The notes below the pieces were generated by a model. It was not told the DNA's origin. It did not search any database and saw only the letters and a program-made list of their open reading frames with translations. Shown one piece after another: positions 37,876-50,497 of a stretch of DNA of 64,000 bases; within the stretch, counting starts at the first letter, position 1, and the number at the start of each line of letters is the position of its first letter. The position numbers were made by a program, and so were the translations under genes. The DNA is from Squalus acanthias (lineage: Eukaryota), in assembly GCA_030390025.1 (NCBI GenBank), contig CM059433.1, positions 10,542,001 through 10,606,000 on the forward strand. Reading direction: 5' to 3'.

Positions 37876-39044
37876 CAACGTTCCCTTTAAGCTGTGCGGC
37901 ACGTGGCCACGCTGCTGCGCGGTGCTCAGCAGGTCCCACGCAGCCAGTCAACATAAGCACATAAGAGTTAGGAGCAGGAGTCGGCCATATGGCCCCTCGA
38001 GCCTGCTCCGCCATTCAATTAGATCATGGCTGATCATCGACCTCAACTCCACTTTCCCGCCCGATCCCCAGATCCCTTGATTGCCCTAGAGTCCAAAAAT
38101 CTATCTATCTCAGCCTTGAATATACTCAAAGACTCAGCATTCACAGCCCTCTGGGGCAGAGAATTCCAAAGATTCACAACCTTCTGAGTGAAGAAATTAC
38201 TCCTCATCTCAGTCTTAAATGGCCGACCCCTTATCCTGAGACTATGCCCCCTAATTCTAGACACTCCAGCCAGGGGGAAACAACCTCTCAGCATCTACCC
38301 TGTCAATCCCCCTCAGAATCTTGTATGTTTCAATGAGATCACCTCTCATTCTTCTAAATTCCAGAGAGGAGAGGCCCAATCTATTCAATCACTCCTCATA
38401 GGACAACCCTCTCATCCCAGGAATCAATCCAGTGAACCTTCTTTGCACTGCCTCTAAGGCATGTATGTCTTTTCTCAGATAAGGAGACCAAAACTGTGCA
38501 CAGTACTCCAGGTGTGGTCTTACCAAAGCCCTGTACAGTTGTAGGAAGACTTCCTTACTCTTGTTGGAACCCGTTTGCAATAAAGGTCAACATGCCATTT
38601 GCCTTCCTAATTGCTTGCTGTACCTGCATGCTAACTTTCTGTGTTTCTTGTACTAGGACACCTAAATCTCTCTGAACACCAACAACCTTTTATGTGGTTC
38701 CCCTTTATCTACCCTGCTAGTTACATCCTCAAAGAACTCTAATAAATTTATTAAACACGATTTCCCTTTCATAAATCCATGCTGACCCTGCCTAATCATA
38801 TTATGTTTTTCTAAGTTTCAGCATTTTCCCGACGACTGATGTCAGGCTAACTGGCCTGTAGTTCACGGTTTTCCCTTTCCCTCCTTTCTTGACTAGCAGG
38901 GTTACATTTGTTACCTTCCAATCTGCTGGGACCGTTCTAGAGCTGGCTTTTAAATCGAAAAACCGCGCTTGTGCGGAATTTGGAATGGCCTGCGCAGCCC
39001 GTTAAAGGGACCACGCGGGCTGAAAAAAATTAGAGGGAACATTG
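37876..39044. mobile_element. hAT-type MITE split by a CR1
   Basis: TIR caacgttccctttaa / ttagagggaacattg; 8-bp flanks ctggacac / ctggaaac. Confidence 0.75.
37951..38941 (-). mobile_element. CR1 LINE fragment with internal deletions
   Basis: LQLYRALVRPHLEYCAQFWSPYLRKD..; FFTQKVVNLWNSLPQ; 3'UTR and tail. Confidence 0.9.
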
Positions 39045-39259
39045 CTGGAAACCCTTATTAAAAATGCTTATATTTGGTGATTAACCCCTTTTGAACCATT
39101 ATATTAATAAAACTGCAGCAGATTACCACTCTTAAGCACATGAAGGAATACTTTTTAATGGAAAGATAAAAATAAAAATGATTACGTTCTATTACGCGGC
39201 CTGATTGCACTGGTTCATGGAAGTTTTATGTTTGCGGAATGATTTTTAGCGGAAACTTG

Positions 39260-40077
39260 GGGCTGGATTTTGTCAATGGGAAGCTTTTGCAGGCGGGACT
39301 GCTGCTTGCCGGGTTTCAGTCCCGCCTCCATCAGCTTCTGGCCAACCAGCGGGATTTTCCCCTGATTGACCTTGTTAAGGCCGCCCAGCGGGCTCAGCAG
39401 GCCAATTAGGGGGAAGTCACTGACAGAGCACGTCAACGTCTGACAAAATTTCTTGAAAGAAGAAATGTCTGTGAAGCTGTCAAACACTGACATTCTGTAT
39501 AGTCTGATGAGTCCTTGTGTTCAGGACTCATCAAACCTTTCAACTTTGCAGAAATCACCTGGATGTTGGTTCGGAGGATCCAACAGCCAGTCTGTGAAAT
39601 CTACAATGAAGATGTCGGGACTCCGGATCCAGAGCGGCTGAAGGCTGTAGGCAGAAACAAAGGTAAGTGAACATTTTATAACACTTAACACTCACCTTAC
39701 ATACTTACCACTCCACACTTGCACCCATCACTCACCTCTACATCTCACTTTCAGGCCCCTCTGACCCCCTCCAACCTCCTTCTTGTCTCCTGCACCCTGG
39801 CGGGGTTCTCCGAGGTCGGGAAGCCTGCACTTCGGAGCTAAAAATGGGGATAATCCTATTTTCTGCCTGTTAACTATCTGTTAACAGGCAGTTAATAGGA
39901 TTTAATCCCTTTCCCGCATCGAGGAGATGGGACCCGGGGCAGGACGGCTTCCCACCTCCTGGCAAAAGGGCACGGAGGCGGGTTAGGGGCAGGTTTGCCA
40001 GCCGCCCCCCAAATCCTGCAACTTTACTGGCAGTCCCGCCTCCATACCCGCCTCCTCGGGGCTGAGAAAAACCAGCC
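39260..40077. mobile_element. Harbinger-type MITE
   Basis: Termini gggctggatttt / aaaaaccagcc; left part is the reverse homolog of 41170-41425. Confidence 0.55.
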
Positions 40078-40561
40078 ATGAAGTGGAAACTGACCAATGC
40101 AATTTCAAGCATAATTTGGGTGCAATTTCCCAATTTCGCCCAAAGCAGAAAGTCTACCTCGACACGTTTAAGAAAAGATATTCTGTTGCCATGAAAAGTG
40201 CTCTCGGGGCGTGACTGTCCCAATCTCGGGTTCAATTTTGAACTATAGACAGCAACAATGTCTGTGGCTTTCGGAACTTTGGATAAAATGTTCTCCAAAA
40301 TTGGAAAAGGAAACAATGATTTTTGGAGGATTGCCTAATGAGTCTAGATTCTTTCAAGTCACATTGCTTTTGAAGTAGGCTGTAACGGGAGAAATGCAGC
40401 TTTAATTTGTGATGAGTGGTATCCCAGTACATTGTGAAGCTAAAAACAATTTATCTCTGATGAAGATTTATATCGATGGATAATGATCTATCCGTACTAC
40501 AGCAGTCAATTAATTGCTGCAATAAATGTAATGCTTAGAGGGACAAGTGATGTTTAACCAC

Positions 40562-41030
40562 TCAAGTAGCTCGACACCATCCAGGACAAAGCAGCCCGCT
40601 TGATTGGCACCCCATCCGCCACCTTAAACATTCACTCCCTCCACCACTGGCGTACCGTGTCTGCAGTGTGTACCATCTGCAAGATGCACTGCAGCAACTC
40701 GCCAAGGCTTCTTTGGCAGCACCTCCCAAACCCGCGACCTCCACCACCTAGAAGGACAAGGACAGCAGGCGCATGGGAACACCACCACCTCCAAGTTCCC
40801 CTCCAAGTCATACACCATCCTGACTTGTAAGTATATCGCCGATCCTTCATCGTCGCTGGGTCAAAATCCTGGAACTCCCTGCCTAACAGCACTGTGGGAG
40901 CACCTTCACCACACGGACTGCAGCGGTTCACGAAGGCGGCTCACCACCACCTTCTCAAGGTCAACCAGGGATGGGCAATAAATGCTGGCCTTGCCAGCGA
41001 CGCCCACATCTCATGAACAAATTTTTAAAA
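40562..41030 (+). mobile_element. LINE 3' fragment (CR1/L2-group, clade not resolved)
   Basis: LDTIQDKAARLIG..LNIHSLHHWRTVSAVCTICKMHCSNSP; same family as 51383-52145. Confidence 0.8.
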
Positions 41031-41959
41031 ATGTGATTGAGCAACAGGATGCAGGGCGTTCAGGAACATATTGGCCAGAGACTTCCTTGGAACTGCGGCA
41101 TAGTCAACCATGATGGAGCGGGAGCAGCCTCGAGAAAATCCCCGAGAATTCAAGACCTCATCAAACTACAGAGAATGTCAGTGTTTGACAGCTTCACAGA
41201 GCTGTCAAACGATGACAATTCATCTGTCAAAAGTTTTTGACAGATGAAACGTCATACGTTGACGTTCTCTGCAACCGGCTTTCCCTTAATTGGCCTGCTA
41301 AGTCCGCTGGGCGGGCTTAAGAAGGTCAATCAAGGGAAAATAGCGTGGGTTGGCCAGAAGTTGATGGAGGCGGGACAAGTGGGAGTCCCGTCTCCAAAAG
41401 CTCCCCATTGAGAAAACCACCCCTCCAATCCTGAAAATCTACCACAGCAACGGGGGACAGAGAAGGAAGATGATGATGAGGAGGAGGAAGAAGAACAGAG
41501 ATGCAACTACCTCCTTGTCAACTATAATGATGATGAGGAAGAGGAAGAGGCAGATGACGGTGGTCTGCTACCTACCCATGAGTTCCTCCAGAGACCTCCT
41601 GTCCTGTGTTCCTCTCTCCCAAGCCCCCATCAGCTCAGATACTTTCACCCAGGGGCACTTTCTTATCCATAGAGGTTAAAATCAGATAGAAAGGGTGCTT
41701 ATTCACTTATTGCACTTATTCACTCAGGTGATGATTATTGGCGCGCCCATGTAGAAACAAAGAGGGTTGATGTCTTATCAAGTTGTAGGATGGGTAGTGG
41801 GTTGAGAGAATATCCCGTTATTGGAAAGTGGGGGGAAAAGAGATAAGGCAGTGGTGTCAAAGGTAGACTGCATTACACTGAAAAGAGATGCTGGGATGTG
41901 CTCTGTTGCTCCTTGCTGCAGTCACTGAGGAGACCTCTGCATGCAGGTAATTGTGATCA

Positions 41960-42245
41960 TTTCCTCCAGTTAGTTCTAGCTGCACCTGAGCCAGGGCCTC
42001 CTCACCAGCAATGTCAAAGTCCCTTCCTCCTTGAATGGTAAAGTTGTGAAGAGCACAGCAGGCTATAACTATTTTGACACATGATCTGGAGCATACCGCA
42101 GAGACCCTCTGGACCTGTCTAGAGAGTGGAAATGTGCACTTAAGATCCTGATGGTCTTCTCAATGACCAGACTTGTGGAGGCACGTGTCTTATTGTAGCG
42201 CTCCTCTGTTGCTGTCCAGGCCATTTTTACTGCGGTCGTTATCCC
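41960..42245 (-). pseudogene. Highly decayed Harbinger transposase C-terminal fragment
   Basis: Minus frame EERYNKTRASTSLVIEKTIRILSAHFHSLDRSRGSLRYAPDHVSK aligns by eye with NESHAATRNISEQTIGVLKQRFRCLDCSGGALQYS at 7390-7500. Confidence 0.65.
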
Positions 42246-42627
42246 TGGGAGCTTTTGTCACCCCAGAAGCCATCCAGTGATGTGATTTTCTTCCCTGTGG
42301 GTAGGTGGTGGGGAGGTGCCAGTGGTCCGACTCTGTCAGGAACATGTCCAGGTTTCTGTCGACAGATTGGCAAACAAAAATTGCTGCAAAATGTTATCCC
42401 AACTGCAGAAATCACCAATGAAACTCTCCAGGCTCAAACTCCTCACCTCTGCCTGTTTTAGCTGATGTTGGCAGCAAGGTGTAGATGAGCAGAAAACCAT
42501 CATGTCCAGTCTGCCAAATCTAGCCTTCTGCTGGAAAGGAAGCAATGCGAGAAGTTTGTTTCTATCACCATCGTAGCTTGTTTTTCCTCGATTAGATGTA
42601 TTTCTAGTTAGGCTTAGGGCAACAAAA

Positions 42628-43200
42628 AACATAGGAACAGGAATAGGCCATACAGCCCCAATCATATCATGGCTGACCTGTACCCCAACCCCATTTACCC
42701 ACCTTTGCTCCACTTGATACCCTTACTAGATAAGAATCTGTCGATCTCAGTCTTAAAAATTTCAACATCTACAGCCTTTTGGGGGAGAGAGTTCCAGATT
42801 TCCACTACCCTTTGTGTGAAGAAGTGCTTCCTGACATCACCCCTGAACGGGGCCTAGCTCTAATTTTAACGTTGTGCCCTCTTGTTCTGGACTCCCCCAC
42901 CAGAGGAAATAGTTTCTCTCTATCCACCCTACCAAATCCATTTATCATTTTAAATGCCTCGATTAGATCACCCCTCAATTTTTTATATTCAAGGGAATAC
43001 AAGCCAAGTTTATGCAACCTGTCCTCATAATTTAACCCTTTCAGACCCCCTCCAAGGCAAACATATCCATCCTGAGGCTCGGTGCCCAGGACTGAACACA
43101 TAACTCCAGATGGGGTTTAAACAAGGCTCTGTACATCCAAAGCTTAACATCCTCCCCATTGTATTCCAGCCCCCTCGAGTTTATATAATGGAAACAGTTG
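42628..43200 (-). mobile_element. CR1 3' fragment
   Basis: LKGLNYEDRLHKLGLYSLEYKKLRGDLIEAFK. Confidence 0.85.
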
Positions 43201-43221
43201 CTTGTGTGACAAAAGGAGAAA

Positions 43222-43790
43222 TTATTGTACTGTGTGCAGTTTTGGTCTCCTTACCCAAGAAAGGATATACTTGCCATAGAGGGAGTGCAGCGAAGGTTCA
43301 CCAGACTGATTCCTGGGATGGCAGGACTGTCGTATGAGGAGAGATTGGGTCGACTAGGCCTGTATTCACTAGAGTTTAGAAGAATGAGAGGGGATCTCAT
43401 TGAAACGTATAAAATTCTGACAGGGCTAGACAGACTGGATGCAGGGAGGATGTTTCCCCTGGCTGGGGGGATCTAGAACAAGGGGTCACAGTCTCAGGAT
43501 ACGGGGTAGGACATTTAGGACTGAGATGAGGAGAAATTTCTTCACTCAGAGGGTGGTGAACCTGTGGAATTCTCTACCACAGAAGGCTGTGGAGGCCAAG
43601 TCACTGAATATATTTAAGAAGGAGATAGATAGATTTCTAGACACAAAAGGCATCAAGGGGTATGGGGAGAGAGCGGGAATATGGTATTGAGATAGAGGAT
43701 CAGCCATGATCATATTGAATGGCGGAGCAGGCTCAAAGGGCCGAATGTCCTACTCCTGCTCCTATTTTACTATGTTTCTATGTTTCTATT
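43222..43790 (+). mobile_element. CR1 3' fragment
   Basis: YCVQFWSPYPRKDILAIEGVQRRFTRLIPG; (tttctatg)n tail. Confidence 0.9.
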
Positions 43791-43809
43791 GCCCACATCC
43801 ACCATAGGC

Positions 43810-44030
43810 ACTACACTACTCGGGGCTGGAAAGGTCAGAGCCACCCTGAGCCTTTATGCCATGGGGTTTATTTTAGGCTGCCATTAGAGACAACAATAAC
43901 GTAAGCCATTTAGCTGCGCACAGATTTGTAAAGCAAGTCACAGATGCATTGCTTGCTGGAGCAAGCTGGTTCATCCAGTTCCCCATGAGTAACCAGCAGC
44001 GGCATTAGCAGACACTACAATTGCAGAGTG
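43810..44030 (+). pseudogene. Decayed Harbinger transposase N-terminal fragment
   Basis: KVRATLSLYAMG..SHLAAHRFVKQVTDAL..IQFPM resembles KVSVALNFHASG..QFAVHRCIREVTEAL..ISFP. Confidence 0.55.
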
Positions 44031-44059
44031 ACAAAGATTCTCCAAAGAGTCGGACTGCA

Positions 44060-44560
44060 ATAACAACAATAACCGGTATTTATATAACTCCTTTAATTAG
44101 AGAAATGTCCCAAGGCGCTTTGCAGAAGCGTCACCAGACAAAACCGGATGCCGAGCCAAAGAAGGAGATATTAGGAGGGGTGACCAAAAAACTTGGCCAA
44201 AGAGGTGGGTTTTAAGGAGAGTCTTAAAGGCGGAGAGAGGGGTGGGGAGAGGCAGAGAAGTTTAGGAAGGGAATTCCAGAGTGTAAGGCCTAGGCAGCTG
44301 AAGGCACAGCTGCTAATAGTGGACCAAAGGGAGGGGAGATGTATAAAAAGCCAGAGTCGGAGGAAATGAGAGCTCTGGAAGGTCATAGGACCGGAGGAGG
44401 TTACACTGATAGGGAGGGGCAAGGCATGAAGGGATATGAACACGAGGATGAGAATTATAAATTGGAAGCACTGGGCGACCAGGAGCCAATGTGATGGGTG
44501 AGCGGGACTTGGTGCGGGGTAGGATACAGGCAGCAGGATTTTGGATGAGCTGAGAACTAT
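44060..44560 (-). mobile_element. L2-clade LINE 3' fragment
   Basis: QLIQNPAACIL.RTKSRSPIT; AFSCLGLTLWNSLPK. Confidence 0.8.
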
Positions 44561-44947
44561 CCGACACCTGAAAACCCATGACCTTGGAAGCGGTGCAACG
44601 GAGGTTCACTAGATTGATTCCTGGGATGAGAGGGCTGTCCTATGATGAGAGATTGTGTAGAATGGGCCTATACTCTCTGGAGTTTAGAAGAATGAGAGGT
44701 GATTGACAGGGTAGATGCTGAGAGGTTGTTCCCCCTGGCTGGAGTGTCTAGAACTAGGGGGCATAGTCTCAGGATAAGAGGTAGGCCATTTATGACTGAG
44801 ATGAGGAGGAATTTCTTCACTCAGAGGGTTGTGAATCTTTGGAATTCTCTGCCCCAGAGGGCTGTGGATGCTGAGTCGTTGAGTATATTCAAAAATGAGA
44901 AGTCGCACAACACCAGGTTATAGTCCAACAGTTTTATTTGAAATTAC

Positions 44948-44976
44948 GAGCTTTCGGAGCTCTGCTCCTTCTTCAG
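44948..44976 (-). ncRNA. Minimal hammerhead ribozyme motif (family 2)
   Basis: CUGAAGA-a-ggagc-aga-gcucc-GAAA-gc-UC. Confidence 0.65.
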
Positions 44977-45016
44977 GTACAGGTACAGTGAGGACTGTAC
45001 CTCACTGTACCTGTAC

Positions 45017-45045
45017 CTGAAGAAGGAGCAGCGCTCCGAAAGCTC
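45017..45045 (+). ncRNA. Minimal hammerhead ribozyme motif (family 2)
   Basis: CUGAAGA-a-ggagc-agc-gcucc-GAAA-gc-UC; 3-bp stem I uac/gua. Confidence 0.65.
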
Positions 45046-45819
45046 GTAATTGCAAATAAAACTGTTGGACTATAACCTGGTGTTGTGTGACTTCTCATTT
45101 TTGTCCACCCCAGTCCAACACCGGCATCTCCACATCATGAGTATATTCAAGGCTGAGATCGATAGATTTTTGGACTCTAGGGGAATCAAGGGATATGGAG
45201 ATCAGGGCAGGAAAGTGGAGTTGAGGTCGATGATCAGCCATGATCTTATTGAATGGCGGAGCAGGCTCGAGGGGCCGTATGGCCTACTCCTGCTCTTATT
45301 TCTTATGTTCTTATGAGTCCTGCTTCTCCACCATAACCATCACCCGCTAGCATGCTGCGCTCCTGACCCCCATCTGAATGCTCAGGCATTTGCATAATGG
45401 AGGGTGAGTGTACGTGCCGGTAGTTGATCAGCTGGGGTGTCTGCTAGCCGGGGGCAGAGAGTAAATTCCGAGCAGAGGACAAATGCTTCAATGGAACGGG
45501 TGGGGCTGTCAAAACAGCTCACCTGAAAAGGCAGGCCCCATTTCCTAAAAGGCAATTCCCCTTGTGACAGTTTTATAAAGGGAATGCAGTAGATGTAAGA
45601 GGAAATTTTCCTGAGTCTGTGATTAAAGGCGCAGGATTGCCTGGACACAGCAAATATCGGCATATCAGGCAGGTCAGAGTTCACACCTCTAAAGGAACCC
45701 GACTGATTTTCCGCCATTTGAGGTGTGCAGTCAGACCTGTCCAATTTTACGATGTTTGGTGCGCTCAGGTGATCCAGTGCATCTGGGGGCAACCCCGGGA
45801 AAACTGCCCCTCTAGCGCC

Positions 45820-46140
45820 AATGGATTTTCAGAAGGTGCTCGATAAGGTGTCTCACAAGAGGATGATTAGAAAAATTCAGGCGTACGGTATAAGAGAAAG
45901 TTAACAGCACGGATGGAACAGTCAGTTGATGGACAGGCTAAATGGGTGCTGTTTGGATTCGAGAAAGCTGGAAGTGGTGTACTCTCGGGTTCAGTGGAGT
46001 GTCCGCACAGACACATGTATGATTTGGATTTCAGCACAGGGAGCATGATCTTAAAATTGGCTGACAGATGGCAGATGCAATTTAATGTGGATAAGTACGA
46101 GGTAGTATATTTTGTGAGGGAAAACAAGCAAAGACAATAA
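45820..46140 (+). mobile_element. Highly decayed CR1 RT fragment
   Basis: ggattttcagaagg..gataaggtgtctcacaagag; ADRWQMQFNVDKYEVVYF. Confidence 0.65.
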
Positions 46141-47139
46141 AGGCTGTGGATGAACGAAGGGAAAACTAGGGGGTTTGTCACGTTTCGGGATTCTTGACCA
46201 TTTTTCCACAGAAGGAATTCGGAAATGAAGTGCACTTAAATGGTGCGTTTTGAATTAAAGTGGGTTCACACAAGATTAAAGAGTGTCCTTATTGCCATAG
46301 GCGGAAGCTGCCGAGGCAAAGAGAAGTTTATCGGGTTGCTCACAGACAATGGGGGTAGGTTTTGGTCTGGGCCATTGTTGGACCCAGACCCTGAGCTGCA
46401 GGAGCAGCGGGCACCCAAATCAAAACCAAAAGGCCCGAGGACCCCCTGGAATTGACCCTCGGGCCTCGTCTACATACTCGGGGAGAACTGCCCGTGCTTG
46501 TCGCGCCTCGACAAGGAGCTCACCTCAAGAGAAAAATCAATTTCGGCCCGTCTGTCTCAGGTAAGTTCCTGGCTTTACAGAAAGGAAGAAAAAAAAAACC
46601 CAATTAAAATAAAACTTGCCTTTAATTGGCGGTCGCAGGAGCCGCTGAAGAATTCTGAGCGGGGCAGGCATCGGGCAATTCATTTTACACCGGGGTCCTT
46701 TAGTAGACGTTAGGCCCTTAATTAACATATTCAAGGGCCCTTATGCCTGTTGACGCCTAAAAAATGGGCCCCCACAAATTTAACAGCGGGACCAGCACCT
46801 GCGCGGGCTGCCCCCACTGTTAAACTGGTAGGCTTTGCGCCCTTTCTACACCCGAGAAACGGGCACAACTCATGCCAGTCTCTACCCCAGTGTCTGCAGA
46901 ATGGACGCAAGGCAGAGGGAAAAAATGGGTTGCTAATCCTTTGCTTGCATTTTGCTCCGGAATAGGGCTAGGCACGATCTTCAGTTACGGCCATTTCTGG
47001 TGTCTACAGCTGTGCCTGAAGAGGGTTTAGAAATGTAAATTTCATGCAAATGAATATTAGAGACTTCTGAATTCAAATTTGCTCGAATAGCACCAGGTGC
47101 AATTCGGGAGAAAACTGCTCTCAGAACAACTTGACGCTA

Positions 47140-47499
47140 TTATCATTCTGCCAGTGCCATTTACACTTCATCTAGAGCCATCTTTTGTTTCTTAACTGGT
47201 CCCATTATCATCTCCCTTTGCCTCGCACCATCGTCCCTTTTGTCTCTTAATCTCTCCTGCCATCCATCCTATCACAGACCTTCCCTTTTGTTCTTCCTCC
47301 CCTCCCCCCTTTCCCTGCCCCTACACTTGCTTAAAAAACCTGTTCCATCTCCAACTTTTTCCAGTTCTGACGAAGGGTCATCGACCCGAAACGTTGACTC
47401 TGTTTCTCTCTCTACAGATGCTGCCTGACCTGCTGAGTGTTTCCAGCATTTTCTGTTTTTATTTCAGATTTCCAGCAGCCGTAGTATTTTGCTTTTGTG
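47140..47499 (+). mobile_element. Penelope-like terminal repeat (family 1)
   Basis: Reverse complement of 17684-18000; 9-bp TSD ttgacgcta (47131-47139, 47500-47508). Confidence 0.8.
47367..47395 (+). ncRNA. Minimal hammerhead ribozyme motif (family 1)
   Basis: CUGACGA-a-ggguc-auc-gaccc-GAAA-cg-UU; stem I aguu/gacu. Confidence 0.72.
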
Positions 47500-47839
47500 T
47501 TGACGCTAATAAGTATGGAGCTGCCATTTAGGTACTACCAGTCTTAATGTATAGGTTGGTATTGCCAAAAATAGATCTTTCTTTTTGGCTCTTTGAATAA
47601 AAACTGTTTTTGCGGCTTCCATACTTGTTGCAGAATGCGGTTACTCCTTTACATGAAGTAATGGAGTCCGTGCTCAGAGCAGTGTCATTGAGAGTCTCCA
47701 ATCCTCTAGCATTGCCCTGGAGTCTCCAGGTATTGAAGGTTAATCTCCCGGACGCTGCTGTGAGCAGCCCAGGAGAAAAATCATAGGGGCATTAAAAAAG
47801 AGTGATTTCTTGCCATTTTCATTGACCACTTTTATTTAT

Positions 47840-48300
47840 TAACAACAACAGCAACTTGCATTTATATAGCGCCTTTAACGTAGTAAAACGTCCCAAGGCG
47901 CTGCACAGGAGTATTTTAAGACAAAAAATTTGACACCGAGCCACATAAGGAGAAATTAGGGCAGGTGACCAAAAGCTTGGTCAAAGAGGTAGGTTTAAGG
48001 AATGTCTTAAAGGAGGAAAGAGAGGTGGCGAGGCGGAGAGGTTTAGGCAGGGAATTCCAGAGCTTAGGGCCCAGGCAACAGAAGGCACGGCCACCAAAGG
48101 TTGAGCAATTATAATCAGGGATCCTCAAGAGGGCAGAATTAGAGGAGCGCAGATATCTCGGGGGGTTGTAGAGCTGGAGGAGATTACAGAGATAGGGAGG
48201 GGCGAGGCCATGGAGGGATTTGAAAAGAAGGATGAGAATTTTGAAATCGAGGCGCTGCTTAACTGGGAGCCAATGTAGGTCAGCGAGCACAGGGGTGATG
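47840..48300 (-). mobile_element. L2-clade LINE 3' fragment
   Basis: SPITPVLADLHWLPVKQRLDFKIL..LHGLAPPYL..GGRAF..GPKLWNSLP; (ttg)n tail. Confidence 0.9.
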
Positions 48301-48302
48301 GG

Positions 48303-48830
48303 CGATCCCCACCCCCCCGCCGCGATCCTCGCTTGCCTGCCCATCCCCAACCTCCCAGATCCACGACCACCACCATTGCCTGCCCATCCCCAACCTCCCA
48401 GATCCACGACCACCACCATTGCCTGCCCATCCCCAACCTCCCCGATCCCCAACCTCCCCGATCCACGACCACCTCCCATCGCCTGCCGATCCTCGACCTT
48501 CCCGATCCACGACCACCACCCCCTGCCGATTGCCAACCCCCTCCTGATTCCCAACCCGCATCCCGCTGATTGCTGACACCCGCCAATCCCCACCCCCCCA
48601 CCACAATCCCCACCCCAGGACCGACCCCTTGCAACTGAGGCCTACCCGCCCGCAGCCAGCCAGCCTCTCAAGCTGGCTGGCTGCGGGCGGGAAACCGAGG
48701 CCTCACAATCAAATCAGTCCCTGCCGGTAAATTCGGCAGGGCCTGCAGAAAACCTGGCCTCCCGGATTTCCTGCCCGCCTCGGAGACCACCCCCCCCCCC
48801 CCCCCCCGCGTCCCCAAAGAAATTTCCAAC
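48303..48830. repeat. C-rich tandem repeat within a MITE fragment
   Basis: Unit gcctgcccatccccaacctcccagatccacgaccaccaccatt repeated; right part is the reverse homolog of 35370-35530. Confidence 0.75.
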
Positions 48831-49631
48831 CGAAACCTCCAGGAATATCTCCAACCAGAGTTGGAAACCCTAGTGTCACTCCCTCCCAAACATGGATTTA
48901 ATTACTGAAGCCAACCAAAGTGCTCAATCAGTCAGACTCTGGCTAAACACTGGGGCTCAACACTCAGCTCAGTTAAGTGCCATAGAAAGTGTGGAGATGG
49001 AATAACAGGTAGAATAAAGAGAGTTCGAATCTGTAATTCAGGGGTTAAAGAGCAGTTAAATATCAACAGAATCAAAGGCTGAATTAAAGCCATGAAAAGC
49101 TAGGAATGACTCAGTGTGATAGCAGCTTGTAAAATTATGTTGCTATTCAAACTGTTGTGAGAACTTGTTTATATTAAACCTCCGTTAAAATGGCAGGCAA
49201 AGTAATTTCATACAAATGGATTCAGCATTCATACATTGAGTATCACAGAGCATAATCAGATAGACTCATTTCTTTCCATTACAACTGTGTTTCTTTAAAC
49301 TGGGCGCATTTTGTTTGCACGTTAAAGTGAAAGATATCGCTGAAATGGAACAATTTTTCCAGATTGTCACCTAGGGGTGGACGTTCCTTATTGCCCATTT
49401 TTGGTCTAACTATAGCGCTTACTCCCCTAGAATGGATATTTCTGGGCTGATGCTTGCTGCCCATAGCCTCAGGCCCTGAAAGCTGCTGCTTCTCCATCAT
49501 TCCTGCGGAAACACAATAGCTGGAAACATTTATTGCAACCCGTACACACTCCTTGTAACACATTTCAACAGCTAGCACATGGCGTACTATGATATCGTGT
49601 TGCCTGTTAAGAATACCTAAGTACGTAATTG

Positions 49632-49983
49632 GCAGGGTAGACGCTGAGAGGTTGTTTCCCCCTGGCTGGAGTGTCTAGAACTAGGGGGCATAGTCTCAGG
49701 ATAAGGGGTAGGCCATTTAAGACTGAGATGAGGAGGAATTTCTTCACTCAGAGGGTTGTGAATCTCTTGAATTCTCTGCCCCAGAGGGCTGTGAATGCTG
49801 AGTCTTTGAGTATATTCAAGGCTGAGATCGATAGATTTTTGGACTCTAGGGGAATCAAGGGATATGGAGATCGGGCGGGAAAGTGGAGCTGAGGTCGATG
49901 ATCAGCCATGATCTTATTGAATGGCGGAGCAGGCTCGAGGGGCCGTATGGCCTACTCCTGCTCCTATTTCTTATGTTCTTATA
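49632..49983 (+). mobile_element. CR1 3' fragment
   Basis: SRTRGHSLRIRGRPFKTEMRRNFFTQRVV; near-identical to 44705-45316 without the palindrome. Confidence 0.9.
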
Positions 49984-50497
49984 TTGTTATGTAACAAATT
50001 CATTGAGGGAAGAAATAGCAGCACTAATGGGTCCTATCCTGATGCAGTTTGGCCAGCTGTATAGACCTCTCCAATGGACTCTATGGAGTGCTGCTCCACT
50101 ATTTTCTAAGTTCATTCCCCCAGGTGGGTTAGAGACTTGGCATTGGGTGTGTTGCCACCAGCCGCTATCCTCTCCCTTCAATTGTGGACTTTTTTTTCCT
50201 TGCCATCAAAGAGAAATTGGTCGTGCTAACTGTTACAGTAACTGTCATGGCTATGCAATTGCCCAGAATGCCTCCCAAAATAAGATGCAAGAACGTGCAG
50301 CTTGCAAGTGCTATGGAGTCCTTTATGGTTGTACCCACCACCATTACAAGGTCTCCTTGTAACGTGAAAGGTGTGTCATGCATGATTATGGATTGCCATG
50401 TTATAGTGTAAGGGAGGCCTCAGGGCCACATACAGGCATCCCATGTGAGGATACAGCTGATGGGGTTGAAAGTGTGTTTGCTGCCATGCCCTACCAT

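Larger units (their letters stand above)
44893..45137. mobile_element. Palindromic Penelope-like terminal-repeat element (family 2)
   Basis: Arms 44891-44993 / 45000-45102; 13-bp TSD tgagtatattcaa (44880-44892, 45138-45150). Confidence 0.8.
44578..45316 (+). mobile_element. CR1 3' fragment interrupted by a PLE palindrome
   Basis: DRVDAERLFPLAGVSRTRGH..WNSLPQRAVDAESLSIFK resumes at 45138. Confidence 0.9.

Noticed and set aside
39504..39532. ctgatgagtcct..aggac resembling a hammerhead
   Set aside because: Stem is followed by tcatc rather than GAAA; a simple hairpin inside a MITE
42628..43790. Single CR1 with a twin-priming inversion
   Set aside because: Both halves cover the same 3' region and have different tails, so two independent copies are more likely
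48330..48520. CRISPR-like array
   Set aside because: Head-to-tail repeats without unique spacers in eukaryotic DNA; no cas genes
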